Positions 38,551-49,098 of a DNA stretch of 64,000 nucleotides are shown in pieces. The stretch is from Acidobacteriota bacterium (GTDB taxonomy: Bacteria; Acidobacteriota; UBA890; WLXD01): contig CAXWPH010000006.1 in the NCBI GenBank assembly GCA_963666055.2, positions 256,001 through 320,000 on the forward strand, written 5' to 3'. The notes below the pieces were generated by a model that saw only the letters and a list, made by a program, of their open reading frames with translations, did no database searches and was not told the origin of the DNA. Both the position numbers and the translations under genes were made by a program. Every line of letters begins with the position of its first letter. Positions within the stretch are counted from its first letter, which is position 1.

Positions 38551-41267
38551 TCAAGGGCCTACAGGTACCCGACGCTTCAATTCATCGAAGAAGTTTGTGA
38601 TCACCACCAATTCGGTGATGGGCCGATCTAGATACGGGTTCTCAAGCACCAGGAATTGCTCGCCGTCGCTTGAGAGCTCCCACGAGTAACCCCACACGTT
38701 AATGTACGGCCCCTTTAGCACCAGGGTCGGTGTCCCAAGCCGCAATTGCGGCTCATCCATGAACGACACTGCGTACCATTCCATGCCGAACCGGTAGATG
38801 ATCTCGCTGCCGTCTGGGCTCCAGCGAGGGGCCTCCCCGCCGGCCGGTGAAACACGCCGCACCGTGGTCGTCTCCGGATAGCTGACCACGTAAATCTCCC
38901 ATAGGCCGTTAACATCCGAACTGTAAGCAAGCCACCGGCCGTTCGGAGAAAGCGCTGCGAAAATTTCCTGCGCAGGCGAATCACGCACCGGCACACGCTC
39001 GCTCACACGGACCGCCGAGCCATCATCTGCGTACGGAGCGAAGTAGAGGTCTTGGCCGGCCTGGTAGATTAGCCCGTCGTCGAGCGCCACCCACGGCCCG
39101 GCGTTCTCCACCGCCGGGACCACCTCGGGTGTTGTCTGTGTAGCGTCACCGACGTCAAGTCGATGGACGGGGGAGCCTCCCTCCGGAGTTGTTCTTCTGA
39201 AGAGAAGCGCGTCGCCGTCGGGGGTCCATATCGGCCTGCTGTCTAAGTGTCCGCTGGTCAGCAAGCGAGGAACCCCTCGATCCACATCGACGAGCGCGAT
39301 TTGTGATTGTCCTCGGCCCATTAGCTGGTATGCCAGCGACGAGCCGTCCGGCGACAACGCGAACTGACCGTAGCGGGCGGGCGGAAGTCCGAGCGGGCTT
39401 CGGCGGCCTTCTCGATCCACCCAGATGAACTCGCTGATGCTGAGATCGACCCCGGGCGCGTATACCAACGTCCCGGTCTCGGAGAAGGTAGCTTGCATGG
39501 TGCCAAAGAACAGCTCGCTGAGAACGTCGTCGAAGATCACCACCGGGTCGCCGGTTACCTCTTCGTTACCGGATGCTAGCGGGGCCGCGAGAAGGTTGCC
39601 GTCCATCCCGTAGACGAGATGGCCGGTCGGTGCGTAGAGCGGCATGATCCCCGATTCCACGAGCATGGTGGGCTGCTCAGGGGTGTCTACGCTCGCGGTC
39701 AAGATCGATGAGCGATCGAAGCTATGCGCGCTAAAGAACAGCCTGGTCGCTCCCGGAAGCAAGGTGGGCCAGGCGTGTTGGAAGACGTCGCCGGCGGGTG
39801 TCGTGATTTCATCTACGGGCCCTCCCCCCGATGACACACGATCAACGCCCTGGCCCTCGGTCGGCACGAAGTAGATGTTACCGTCGGTGCCCCAGGAGGC
39901 ACCCCATCCCGTTATTACGTCGGTGAGCGGCTGCGGCTCCCCCCTCTCGACTCCGACGGTCTTGAGCGCGCCCTCGGCGAAGAATCCCAACCGTTCTCCG
40001 TCCGGTGAAAAGAAGGGGCCTTGGGCGTCCTGTGTGCCCGGTAGTGATCGGGTTTCTCCGGTTTGCATATCGTGCAACCAAAGCTCTCGGCGGCCCTCAT
40101 CGACCAGCGCCACGTAGGCGAGGTGCCTCCCGTCTCTCGACAGCGCGAGCGAAACACGGCTAATTCCCAGATGAAACGAGCCCGGCGGCGCAAGTGGTGC
40201 TTCGGTTGGTAAGACGATGCTGGAGCGAACCATCGGCCGCAGCGGATCCGGATCGGCGCTTGGCCACGAAACTAGAATGGCGACCGCAGCGGTCACGAAG
40301 CCGATCGCGGCAAGGGCCCAAGGGAGCATACGCGTCCCTGCGGCTGCCCGCACAGGATCGGTTGCCTCCGCTGCGGCGTCGTGTACAGAGAATGCCGTAC
40401 CTGACTCCACCTCAACGGCCAACGCCTTCAGGTCCACTACGAGATCGCCGGCACCCTGGTAGCGACCGCCAGGTTCCTTCGCCAGGCACTTCTTGGCTAT
40501 CCACCCGAGATGTAACGGCAGGTCGGGGTTCACATCGGTAATCGGTTCTGGCTCTCGATTGACGATTCGATCGAGCGTTTGGATGACGTTCTTGCCGGTA
40601 AATGCCCTCCGACCGCTGACCATCTCGTACAGCACGCAGCCGAAGGCAAACAGGTCTGCCCGATGGTCGATCTTGTCGGAGCCCTCAACCTGCTCCGGGG
40701 CCATGTAGCCGGCAGTACCCATCACCTGACCAGCAACCGTCCCCATCATCGTCGGTGACTGCGTTGCACCGCCCGGCGAGCCTGCCCCCGCCACCTCGGT
40801 GAGCTTCGCCAGGCCGAAGTCCAGCACCTTGGCGTGGCCCTCCTTGGTGACGAAGATGTTCTCCGGCTTCAGATCCCGGTGGATGATGCCGGCGGCGTGA
40901 GCAGCAGCCAGCGCCTCGGCGATCTCGGTGGCTAATCCGAGCGCCTTCTTGAGCGGCAGCGCACCCTTGCCCAGCGGCTCCCGAAGTGTGTCTCCCTCCA
41001 GGTACTCCTGCACCATGAAGTGGGTGTCGCCTTCGGTGCCGATATCGTGAACGACCGCGATGTGCGGGTGGTTCAGCGCGGCGGCAGCGCGGGCCTCCTG
41101 CTCGAAGCGGCCAGGCGCTCGGGGTCAGAGGCGAACTCGGCGGGCAGCACCTTGATGGCTACCTTGCGACCCAGGCGGGTGTCCTGGGCCAGGTACACCT
41201 CTCCCATGCCGCCCGCACCGAGCTGCTCGGTGATCTCGTAGGGGCCTAGTTTGGTGCCGGGTTCCAT
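38551..41267 (-). pseudogene. Ser/Thr receptor kinase-PD40 propeller (type A) with a -1 frameshift near 41109
   Basis: GCCGCTTC versus GCCCGCTTC in the 11918 paralog; may be a homopolymer error. Confidence 0.85.
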
Positions 41268-41407
41268 AGCGCTGCCAGAGCGGGGTGGGTGAGCGCCTGC
41301 AGACTATCGCTGGGGCACGCGAGGGTCCACGGGAGAGGCCATTTCGCTAGGCTCGCCTGAGCGCGCTACGGGTCCGTCGGCACGAGCCGCTTCAGCTCGT
41401 CGAACCA
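41265..41407 (-). repeat. Kinase 3' stub (WFDELKRLVPTDP*), shortened spacer and promoter copy 6
   Basis: Stub at 41407-41366; TGGACC-17 bp-TAGTCT. Confidence 0.85.
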
Positions 41408-41424
41408 GCGAGCCCACCTGGCGC

Positions 41425-42336
41425 TCAGAAGAAAACGGCAGCTTCGCTCGCCTTCTCGACGAGTGCCTCAACGTACTCGATCAATCCGGCACGTCGGCGC
41501 AGAAACAGCGACACCTGCCCTGACTCCAGAAGCCCCTGGAACATCTCGCCCACCGTCTCCTCATCCAGCGCGAGCAAGCGTTCCCAAACTCGCTGATTCA
41601 CCTTGTTGACCCGTTCGACCCGGAACGGTTTGGCTTTCTCCTGAAACGCCCGCGTATGATCGATAAGCCACAGCTTGGACGACTCGTCAACCATGAAATT
41701 GCCTGAATTCCGATCGATGTTGTAGAGGAGGCTGTCGAAGAAAATCATCGTCCACGTCTGTTTGATCCAGGCGTAGGCGCCGCTCTCAGGCCGGAACGTT
41801 GCCGCGCTTTCTGACCGCAGCCCTTCGACCCAGAGCTGCACGCTCCCGTCGACACCGCCGATTGGGCGTAAGACCGCGGGCGGGACGGCGTCCATTCCCA
41901 ACCACTTCGCCAGCGTATAGGCGGCGACTTCGCCGATGTAGCTGTCGCGGTAGACGAAGAAGTGTTCGCCCTCTAACCGGAGGTTGCGTTTCACGACATC
42001 GACGTTGCGGAACCCCGCACGGGCTCGGACGCCGTCTTTCTCCAGCACCAACCGGTCGATTCCGTTGATCCCAATGTCCAGGTGCTCGCTTTCGATGACC
42101 TCCGCGGTGAGCAGGAACTCCTCGACGGCGGCGTTGCCGGAGAAGGGCAGCAGGCTCCCATCGGGTCCGAGGTATCGAAGGGGAGAATCCTGCGGGCCGG
42201 GCTGCGGCGTCGCGGGCGGCGGCCGCAGCCCGTTGAGTCCTGTCTCGGCGGCCGCTCCTGGTACGGGAAGAGTGACGACCAGTGCCGAACTGAGAATCAG
42301 AACGGAACCTCCGACAATCAGCCTTCGAGCGCGCAT
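41425..42336 (-). CDS. Exported atypical kinase-fold protein (PI3K/HipA/Fam20-like motifs)
   Basis: Signal peptide; EVAAYTL...VPPAV...GSVQLW; NIDRNSGN and LIDHTRAF. Confidence 0.65.
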   Translation of the reverse strand: MRARRLIVGGSVLILSSALVVTLPVPGAAAETGLNGLRPPPATPQPGPQDSPLRYLGPDGSLLPFSGNAAVEEFLLTAEVIESEHLDIGINGIDRLVLEKDGVRARAGFRNVDVVKRNLRLEGEHFFVYRDSYIGEVAAYTLAKWLGMDAVPPAVLRPIGGVDGSVQLWVEGLRSESAATFRPESGAYAWIKQTWTMIFFDSLLYNIDRNSGNFMVDESSKLWLIDHTRAFQEKAKPFRVERVNKVNQRVWERLLALDEETVGEMFQGLLESGQVSLFLRRRAGLIEYVEALVEKASEAAVFF

Positions 42337-42501
42337 CGCTGGGGAGTCTCCTGTGTGCTTTCCGCTGGCACATCCACCCACGTCGGAGAAAACCGAATCA
42401 CCCGCTCTTGTCTGGGGCGTCGCGCCAATTTCGAGGACTATTACCTTGCAGTCGCGCTCAGGCAATCCGCCGGCGCCCTCAACTCATCTGTTCTGATCAC
42501 G

Positions 42502-42730
42502 CTACGGGTCCGTCGGCACGAGCCGCTTCAACTCCTCGAACCAGTTGAGTACGAGGTTGAGCCGCGTCGCATCCGATTCCTCGTGGCTCGGCTTGATGAT
42601 CAGGAAGCGGCCGTCGGGTGCCACGTCGTAGGAAACAGCCAAGCTGTCGACGAAATTCGTCTCGAACAGCAAGGTTACGTTTTGGTACGAGAGGTCGTGG
42701 TCGGGCTGGGCGAACGCCGTGGCGATTATG
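42502..42730 (-). pseudogene. 3' fragment of a further kinase-propeller gene
   Basis: YDVAPDGRFLII...LNLVLNWFEELKRLVPTDP*; upstream limit approximate. Confidence 0.8.
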
Positions 42731-43020
42731 TGCCCGGCGCGGCGACCGAGCATGAAGCGGAAGAAACCCTCAGCTGCTTCGTCGAGGTAGCGGGCAAATG
42801 CCAGTGAAGAGCTGGTACGAATCCCGCTGGTCGTCAAATGGCCGGCTGGCCGCGGCTCCCGTCAGATGAAACGGTGGCTACGTCGCCAGGGGATGTGTGA
42901 AGCGGTCTTCAACGATCGGAGGCAGCCCAACAGGATGTCTGAGGCGGCCTCTGGAGATTGGGAGTGGGCCCGACACAATGTCTGAGGTGATCTCTTACGA
43001 TCCGCGGGGAGCCCGGCGAC

Positions 43021-43698
43021 ATGCCTGAGGACGGGATGTTCGGGACGATTCGTCGAGAAACGCCCCTGCACGAGTTCAACGCCGCCGAGGTCGGCCGAGA
43101 CCAGGTCGGAGCTTGCGCACCGGTGAACTCAGGTTCCGCAGCAACCCCCGCCGCAGGGGGCGTGCAGCTGCGCGAGCGCCCCTTCCTCGGCCATCTCAAC
43201 CTGCGGGGGGATCCAACCGACGAGGCCTTCCGAGGGGCGGTGCGGGAAGTGCTCGGGATCGGCCTGCCGTTGGAGCCGAACAGCGTGGCGGCAGACCCCG
43301 AGGCGACGGCTCTCTGGCTCGGACCGGATGAGTGGCTGCTCCTGACACCGCCGGAGCAGAAAGCCGGCATCGCCCAAGGCCTCGAGGACGCCTGCGTCGG
43401 CACGTTCGCCGCCGTCACCGACGTGAGCGGGGGCCAGACGGTCATCAACGTCCGGGGTCATCGCGCCCGCGATGTGCTGAGCAAGGGTAGCCCCGTGGAT
43501 TTTCATCCGCGCGCTTTCGGCGCTGGCCGCTGCGCCCAGACCCATCTCGCTAAGGCGATGGTGATCGTGGGGCAGCTGGATGAATCGCCCTCCTTCGATA
43601 TCATCGTGCGGCGCTCCTTCGCCGACTATCTTGCGCGCTGGCTCAAGGACGCGGCCCGGGAATACGGCGTGCTGGTCGTCGAACCCTCGAGCGGCTGA
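43021..43698 (+). CDS. soxG: Sarcosine oxidase gamma-subunit family protein (orphan)
   Basis: HLNLRG, LWLGPDEWL, DVSGG, VRRSFADY; start uncertain. Confidence 0.85.
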   Translation: MPEDGMFGTIRRETPLHEFNAAEVGRDQVGACAPVNSGSAATPAAGGVQLRERPFLGHLNLRGDPTDEAFRGAVREVLGIGLPLEPNSVAADPEATALWLGPDEWLLLTPPEQKAGIAQGLEDACVGTFAAVTDVSGGQTVINVRGHRARDVLSKGSPVDFHPRAFGAGRCAQTHLAKAMVIVGQLDESPSFDIIVRRSFADYLARWLKDAAREYGVLVVEPSSG

Positions 43699-43707
43699 CC
43701 ACGTCTC

Positions 43708-43779
43708 GTGCCAACCCGGTATGACGCGATCGTCATCGGCGCCGGCCACAACGGGCTGATCTGCGCTCAAACGATCTAG
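43708..43779 (+). pseudogene. 5' stub of a phytoene-dehydrogenase-like FAD oxidoreductase
   Basis: YDAIVIGAGHNGLICA followed by a stop. Confidence 0.65.
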
Positions 43780-43879
43780 CAGGGACGCTACACGTGCGCA
43801 TCGATGCACAAGGCCGATCGGAGACCGTCGTGCTTGCTGCGCCGGGAGAGCGAGTCGAGGTACCGATCCAGCTGAGCGC

Positions 43880-44084
43880 CCCCGGCCGCGTGCAGTCGTT
43901 TCGCCAACCCTTCGAGGAGCCGACGAGTCTCCTCCGGGTAGCCTTCACTGGAGCGGATCGCAACGAGCTCACGCAATAGCTCGAGCCCCAGCGGCTCCGT
44001 GTCCACTTGGAACCGGGCGGCCGAGCCGGTCACGAACAACGCGGCTAGCGTGGCCGCGAGCGCGCCGCGAGCGCCGGGTGTCAC
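43880..44084 (-). pseudogene. 5' stub of a probable M20 peptidase
   Basis: Signal-like start overlapping the upstream stop; LELLRELVAIRS...LAKRLHAAG. Confidence 0.45.
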
Positions 44085-45244
44085 GAGATCATTACCGTGC
44101 GCGCGAACTGGGCGTTGTTCTCCCAGCTGGTCCTCTTCTCGGCCAGGTCCTCCAGCACCGGCTGTACCCTGCCATTCGCATCGATGGCGCGCGACACGAC
44201 GGTGTGCTCCCCTGCCGTGGCACCTTCCCAACGGTATACAAAGAGCTTCCAGGAGTACTTCGTATTGCGCGGATCCAGCGTCGCTTGCTCCCAGGGCCCG
44301 TCGTCGATCTTCACCTCCACCCGAGCCAGCGGCGTCCCGTCGGTCAAGGCGAACCCGTGCACGGTGTGATGGTCGGCAGCGCGCGTGACCCGGGCGATGG
44401 CCGACTTCAGCTGGATGCGGGTGACCGAGGTCTCCATGTACTTGAGGCTGCCTCCCACCTGCTTGGCCGTCAGCGTGACGTAGTGGTTGGCCATGAACTT
44501 GCCCATGAATCGACCTTCCTGCACGTGGATCTGCTTGAGCCATTTGACCTGGGCAACGCCGTACCAGCCCGGGATGATCAGCCGCAGCGGCGCTCCCTGA
44601 TGGATGCTCAGCGGCTCGCCGTTGAGCTCGTACGCAAGCATGGTGTCGTCGCGCAGGGCGTCTTCTAGCGACATGCTGCGGGCGTATTGCTGATCGACCA
44701 GCCAGCTACTACCCCGCTTCTCGATCGTCTCGGTTCCCACATCGGCACCGAAGAAGACCACTTCCTTGCCGGCCGGCTCGACGCCCACCTCGTCGAGCAA
44801 CGCGCGCAGACTCGTACCGCCCCAGCGGCCGTTGCTGACCAGCCCGTGGAAGCGGCGGCGGCTGTTGCCGGAGCACTCGAACGCACAGGCCAGCTCCGTG
44901 CGCGGGCGTCGACGGATGTCCGCCATCGACAGCTTCTGAGGCCGCGACACTTGCCCGCTGATCTCGAGCTCGTGGGTCGCAGCGTCCACTTCAGGATGCC
45001 CGTAGTGCTGAACGGTGAAGAACTGGTCGGCCGGCGTAAAGAATTCGTCGATCTCGCGGATATCTACGAGCCGAACGATTGGCGTCGGGTTGGTTTCGAA
45101 CCCGTCCGGCATGTCGGTGAACGGAACCGTTTCGTCTTGCGACATCGCGGCCAGCGCCCAATTCGGCACACCGACCACCATCGATCCGGCGACGATCGCA
45201 CCGGCCTTCGTCGCGTCGCGGCGCGTCATGCGCTCAGACATCAT
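44081..45244 (-). CDS. Sulfite oxidase family molybdopterin enzyme with Tat-like signal
   Basis: TRRDA; FFTVQH, FECSGN, GAPLRLIIPGWYGVAQVKWL, SRAID. Confidence 0.88.
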   Translation of the reverse strand: MMSERMTRRDATKAGAIVAGSMVVGVPNWALAAMSQDETVPFTDMPDGFETNPTPIVRLVDIREIDEFFTPADQFFTVQHYGHPEVDAATHELEISGQVSRPQKLSMADIRRRPRTELACAFECSGNSRRRFHGLVSNGRWGGTSLRALLDEVGVEPAGKEVVFFGADVGTETIEKRGSSWLVDQQYARSMSLEDALRDDTMLAYELNGEPLSIHQGAPLRLIIPGWYGVAQVKWLKQIHVQEGRFMGKFMANHYVTLTAKQVGGSLKYMETSVTRIQLKSAIARVTRAADHHTVHGFALTDGTPLARVEVKIDDGPWEQATLDPRNTKYSWKLFVYRWEGATAGEHTVVSRAIDANGRVQPVLEDLAEKRTSWENNAQFARTVMIS

Positions 45245-46030
45245 CCTCCTCCTTCGGAAACCCGGCGAATCGGCATCCCGGGCCGGTTCCCAGTGGTCTC
45301 TCCGTTTTGGTACACGATCTGCCCGTTGACCCAGACAGTATCAATTCCGGCCGACGAAAGGTGCGGCTCCTCGACCGTGGAGCGATCGATCACCGTCGCC
45401 GGGTCGAACAAGACGAGGTCGGCGTAGGCGCCTTCCTCGATCGTGCCGCGATCGACGATCCCGACGTGAGCCGCCGGCAGGGCGGTGATCTTGTGAACGC
45501 CCTCCTCGAGGCCGACGACGCAGCGATCCCGTACGTAGTGGCCCAGGAACCGGGTGAACGTTCCGTAGCCGCGCGGGTGGGCGCCGGCCAGACCGCCATC
45601 GCTACATATGTTGGCGTACGGCCACGCCATGATCGCCTCGATATCGGGCTCGTCCATAGCGAACCCGAGCATCGACGAGCGGGCCGCGTCGCCGCCCCGC
45701 CGAGCGAACTCAGCATCGACCCCCAGCAGGTCCATCAGTGTCGTGTACGGGTCCGCGCCTCGCTGCTCTGCGATCTCGGCCACGCTCATGCCGTTGTACT
45801 CCGGCTGCGCCGGGTAGTTCGCCAGCAGCAGCCCTTCGGGCCGCATCATCTCCTGGAGCACATACTCGGCGCCCTCGCGGCGGCCCGGATCGCGGTCCGG
45901 AAACACGGTGAGCAGCCATCGGAAGCCGGTCTGCAACGCCGCGTAGGGGTAAACGTCGGCGGTGATATCGACGCCCGAAGCACGCGCCTCGTCGAGGATG
46001 CCGATCAGCCGCTCCGCATGTCCCCACCAG
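45241..46030 (-). pseudogene. C-terminal part of an N-acyl-D-amino-acid deacylase
   Basis: DITADVYPY, HPRGYGTF, ADLVLFDP, VNG; N-terminal HxH region missing. Confidence 0.8.
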
Positions 46031-46231
46031 CGCGGCATCGCCACATGGCGCCTGGACCTACTCCGCCGGTGCTTCATGGCGGGGGCGTGTTTGAAACAAA
46101 CGACGCTAAGGCGCACGAGATTGAACCCGACACCATCGATCTTCATTGATGTCATCCGTCGAGCCCGAGCGGCGGCTGAGGCCGAGCAACAGCAGTGAAC
46201 CCGAGAGCAAGCGAAACGGCGAGGTGAGCGA

Positions 46232-46352
46232 ATGGACCTAGAGCAGCGAGTCAAGCGACTGGAGCGAGAAAACAGGCACTGAAGATCGCAGGCGGTGCCG
46301 TGGTGTCGGTGCTGCTGGGCGTTGCGTTGGCGGGTGCGGTAGCTCCACAAGA
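46232..46352 (+). pseudogene. Frameshifted 5' stub of a coiled-coil/TM hypothetical protein
   Basis: GAGGTG RBS; MDLEQRVKRLERENR / LKIAGGAVVSVLLGVALAGAV. Confidence 0.45.
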
Positions 46353-46582
46353 GGAAGGATGGTTCCGCTATCGCGTGAAGCGTGACCAACCGATCATCCC
46401 TTCCGCCATTTCAGCAAACGAGTCCGAAAACCCCTTGCCGAGACAGTAGAGTTCACCCGAAGGGAAGGTGACGTAGGGAGGCCCTGTTTCCAAAGCGCCT
46501 CTTGCCCAGGCCGGCGTCCTGGCTTTGTCACCTCACCGGTAGGTCGTGGTCATGGGATCGTTCCCGTGGCACTCCAGCTGCC

Positions 46583-47000
46583 GATGAACAAGCGAGTCGT
46601 ACTCGCCGTGGCCCTGGCACTTGGTGCGAGCGGCCTCGGAGCGGCTCAGACCGCTGCCGACCGGATCCTCATAGCCGGGCGTATCTTCACCGCGCACGAC
46701 CAGGAGCCCTGGGCGGAGGCGTCGCGATTCGCGGCGACCGCTTCGTGTACGTGGGATCACGAGAGGGCGTCAGGGCCCACCAGGGCTCCCGAACCGTGGT
46801 CGATGAGCTCCCCGACGCGTTCATCACCCCCGGCTTCACCGACTCCCACGTCCACCTCATCTGGGGCTCGGATTCCCTCGATCGCGTCGGCCTCGGTGGC
46901 GCGCGCAACCTGGCGGACATGCTGGCCCGTCTCAAGGCGTTCGCCGATGCACACCCGGAACGGGACTGGATCGTCGGGGCGGGCTGGGGGCTTGGGGCAT
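46583..47000 (+). pseudogene. 5' part of a YtcJ-like amidohydrolase, frameshifted near 46720 and truncated
   Basis: Signal peptide, AGRIFT; then AIRGDRFVYVG, PGFTDSHVH, WIVGAGW in another frame. Confidence 0.75.
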
Positions 47001-47049
47001 TGGAGCAGTCCCCTTACCACAGCGGTGGTAGTTGCTATCGATTCGGGAC

Positions 47050-49014
47050 TTAGATCCGCGGGAACCAGCCGTGGCGCATCTGCACGAGCTCTCCGACGGC
47101 GCGGTGCGCCTCGTCGAAGGCGGTCTGGGTGAGATCGATCCCCGAGGCATCGGTGTTGGCGATCGTGATCCGCCCGAAGGGCTGACTGGCGACCTTCCAG
47201 GGCTCCTCGCCGGGAGGCGACTCCGGATCGAACAGCGTGTTGGTCGCCAGGGCGTAGCCGTGCGGCCAGCGGTTCACGGTGATCGCCTCGATGTCGCGCG
47301 CCGGGTCGAAACCCGCCGGCGACAGCACCCGCGCCATCTGGTCGCGGATCCGTCGTTCGAAGTCCTCGAAGGATGTCTCCAGGAGCGCTTGTCGCACCGC
47401 TCGCATCTGCTCCCGAACCGGTGTGCCCGGGGGGATCGGCTCGCCGCGGCGTAGGCCGCGAACCATCGGTTCCCAGGAGAGCACCCCTCCGCCAGCCCCC
47501 AGCGAGACGACGATCGGGTCGGCGGGCGTGCGCGGTGGATCGTAAGTCCCGAGCGTGATCGGTGCGCGAGGGCGGATGGCGCTGTAGAACGAGCCCGGAC
47601 ACGAAACGCTGGAGACGCCGAGCTCCTCGAGTGCCCGCCAGTCGCGCACCAGGACGTTGGTGGACATATTCACGGCGCGTGCGGCGAGGCTCAGCGCTTC
47701 CTTCTGCTCGGATGGAAGCTCGGGACACAGGTGCGGGATCATGGTGTGGTAGCAGGCCAACACACAGCCCTTGCCGCGCACCCGGTAGGCCTTGCCACCG
47801 CGGACGTAGGTGATCTCGGTCTCGCGGGAGTCCGAGCTCAAGACCTGCGGTGGATCGCCGACATGCTGCGCGCGGACGGCGGCGCTGTTGAGCCGCAGAC
47901 GCACGGGCGAGCGCGGCTCGTCGAGCTTCGAGTAGTCGGTTCGCCGGAGCTCGACGCTCGCCATCGATCCCGCTGGTAGGGCCGCCGGGATCAACGAGCG
48001 CACGATCATCCGCGCGATGTCGGAGTTGCCGGCCGGGAAGTAGACGTCGGTGGTGTCGTGGTCCGGGTGGGCCGGTGACTCCGGCGGAACCTCGAAGCCG
48101 AGCCCCTGGAAGCCCGGCAGGCCGCGATAGAGGGCGAACCACGCGCTCGAGGTATCGGCGCCCAGACACCAGACCCCACCAACCAGCGGCAGCACGTCCG
48201 GATGCACTTGGACGACATCCAGCAGGTAGTCGCGGTAGCTGATGCGTTGCAGCCGTTCGATCTTCTCCTCGCGGGACAGCCCCGGCAGATAGTCGCGCCG
48301 GTCGTTCCAGAGCCGCAGCAGGTCCCGGCGTATCGGCTCAGTGAGCGGCGTCTTGGCGAGGAACTCCGCCGTGGGTCGGCGGACGCTGCCGTTGACGAGG
48401 ACGTCTTTCCCGAAGCTCTCCTTGCCAAAGAAAACGGCTGGCTCCAGCCCCAACTCCCTGAACATCCCTCGATGGACGTTGTTGGTAGGATGATCCAGCT
48501 CGACGCCGATGTCCTCGAGCATCTCCCGCGCCGGCAGCGGATAGCGGTCGGGCGCCACCATGTAAGACGTGCCGCCGGTCACCAGCAGCACTTGGCCGTC
48601 GTGCTCGAACTCGTTGCGCCTGGCGTGGCCGCCAAAGTCGTCGTGGTTCTCGAGAATCAGCACGCGGGCGTCAGGGCTCGTCGCCTTGCGGAAGAAGTAC
48701 GCCGCCGCCAGACCGCTGAGGCCGGCGCCGACCACGATCAGGTCGTAGGTCTCGCCGGTGTCCTCGGCGTCATCCCACGTGACGCCGTCGCGGGCGGCGT
48801 GGGCCGCCTCGAACGAACCGGGGTGCGAGCCGCGCATACCGGTACGGGCCGGCGGGTAATAGTCGGCTGCCTTCTCGGGGCCGTGGGCCTGGCTGACGCC
48901 TGCGGCGCGAAGCCTGGCCGGCAAGGCCATCGCACCGCCGACCGCGACGCTCACGCCGTTGACGAAGTCGCGCCGGGTGATATTGCGGTCCATTCCGAGT
49001 CCACGATCGCGCAT
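47050..49014 (-). CDS. Spermidine dehydrogenase-like flavoprotein with Tat signal
   Basis: ITRRDFVNG, YYPPARTGMRGSHPGSFE, GAGLSG, NHDDFGGHARRNEF, ITVNRWPHGYA. Confidence 0.85.
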   Translation of the reverse strand: MRDRGLGMDRNITRRDFVNGVSVAVGGAMALPARLRAAGVSQAHGPEKAADYYPPARTGMRGSHPGSFEAAHAARDGVTWDDAEDTGETYDLIVVGAGLSGLAAAYFFRKATSPDARVLILENHDDFGGHARRNEFEHDGQVLLVTGGTSYMVAPDRYPLPAREMLEDIGVELDHPTNNVHRGMFRELGLEPAVFFGKESFGKDVLVNGSVRRPTAEFLAKTPLTEPIRRDLLRLWNDRRDYLPGLSREEKIERLQRISYRDYLLDVVQVHPDVLPLVGGVWCLGADTSSAWFALYRGLPGFQGLGFEVPPESPAHPDHDTTDVYFPAGNSDIARMIVRSLIPAALPAGSMASVELRRTDYSKLDEPRSPVRLRLNSAAVRAQHVGDPPQVLSSDSRETEITYVRGGKAYRVRGKGCVLACYHTMIPHLCPELPSEQKEALSLAARAVNMSTNVLVRDWRALEELGVSSVSCPGSFYSAIRPRAPITLGTYDPPRTPADPIVVSLGAGGGVLSWEPMVRGLRRGEPIPPGTPVREQMRAVRQALLETSFEDFERRIRDQMARVLSPAGFDPARDIEAITVNRWPHGYALATNTLFDPESPPGEEPWKVASQPFGRITIANTDASGIDLTQTAFDEAHRAVGELVQMRHGWFPRI

Positions 49015-49098
49015 ACCTATTCCTCGAGTCAGGGCGCCCCTTCGGTTGTGAGCTTCAGAGCACGCCTGCGGTGATGGACCAAGCGAACGGAGGCCGGC

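Noticed and set aside
9958-42730. Kinase 3' stubs as template repeats of a diversity-generating retroelement
   Set aside because: No reverse transcriptase in the window; the tail is conserved rather than variable, and the differences do not look adenine-specific
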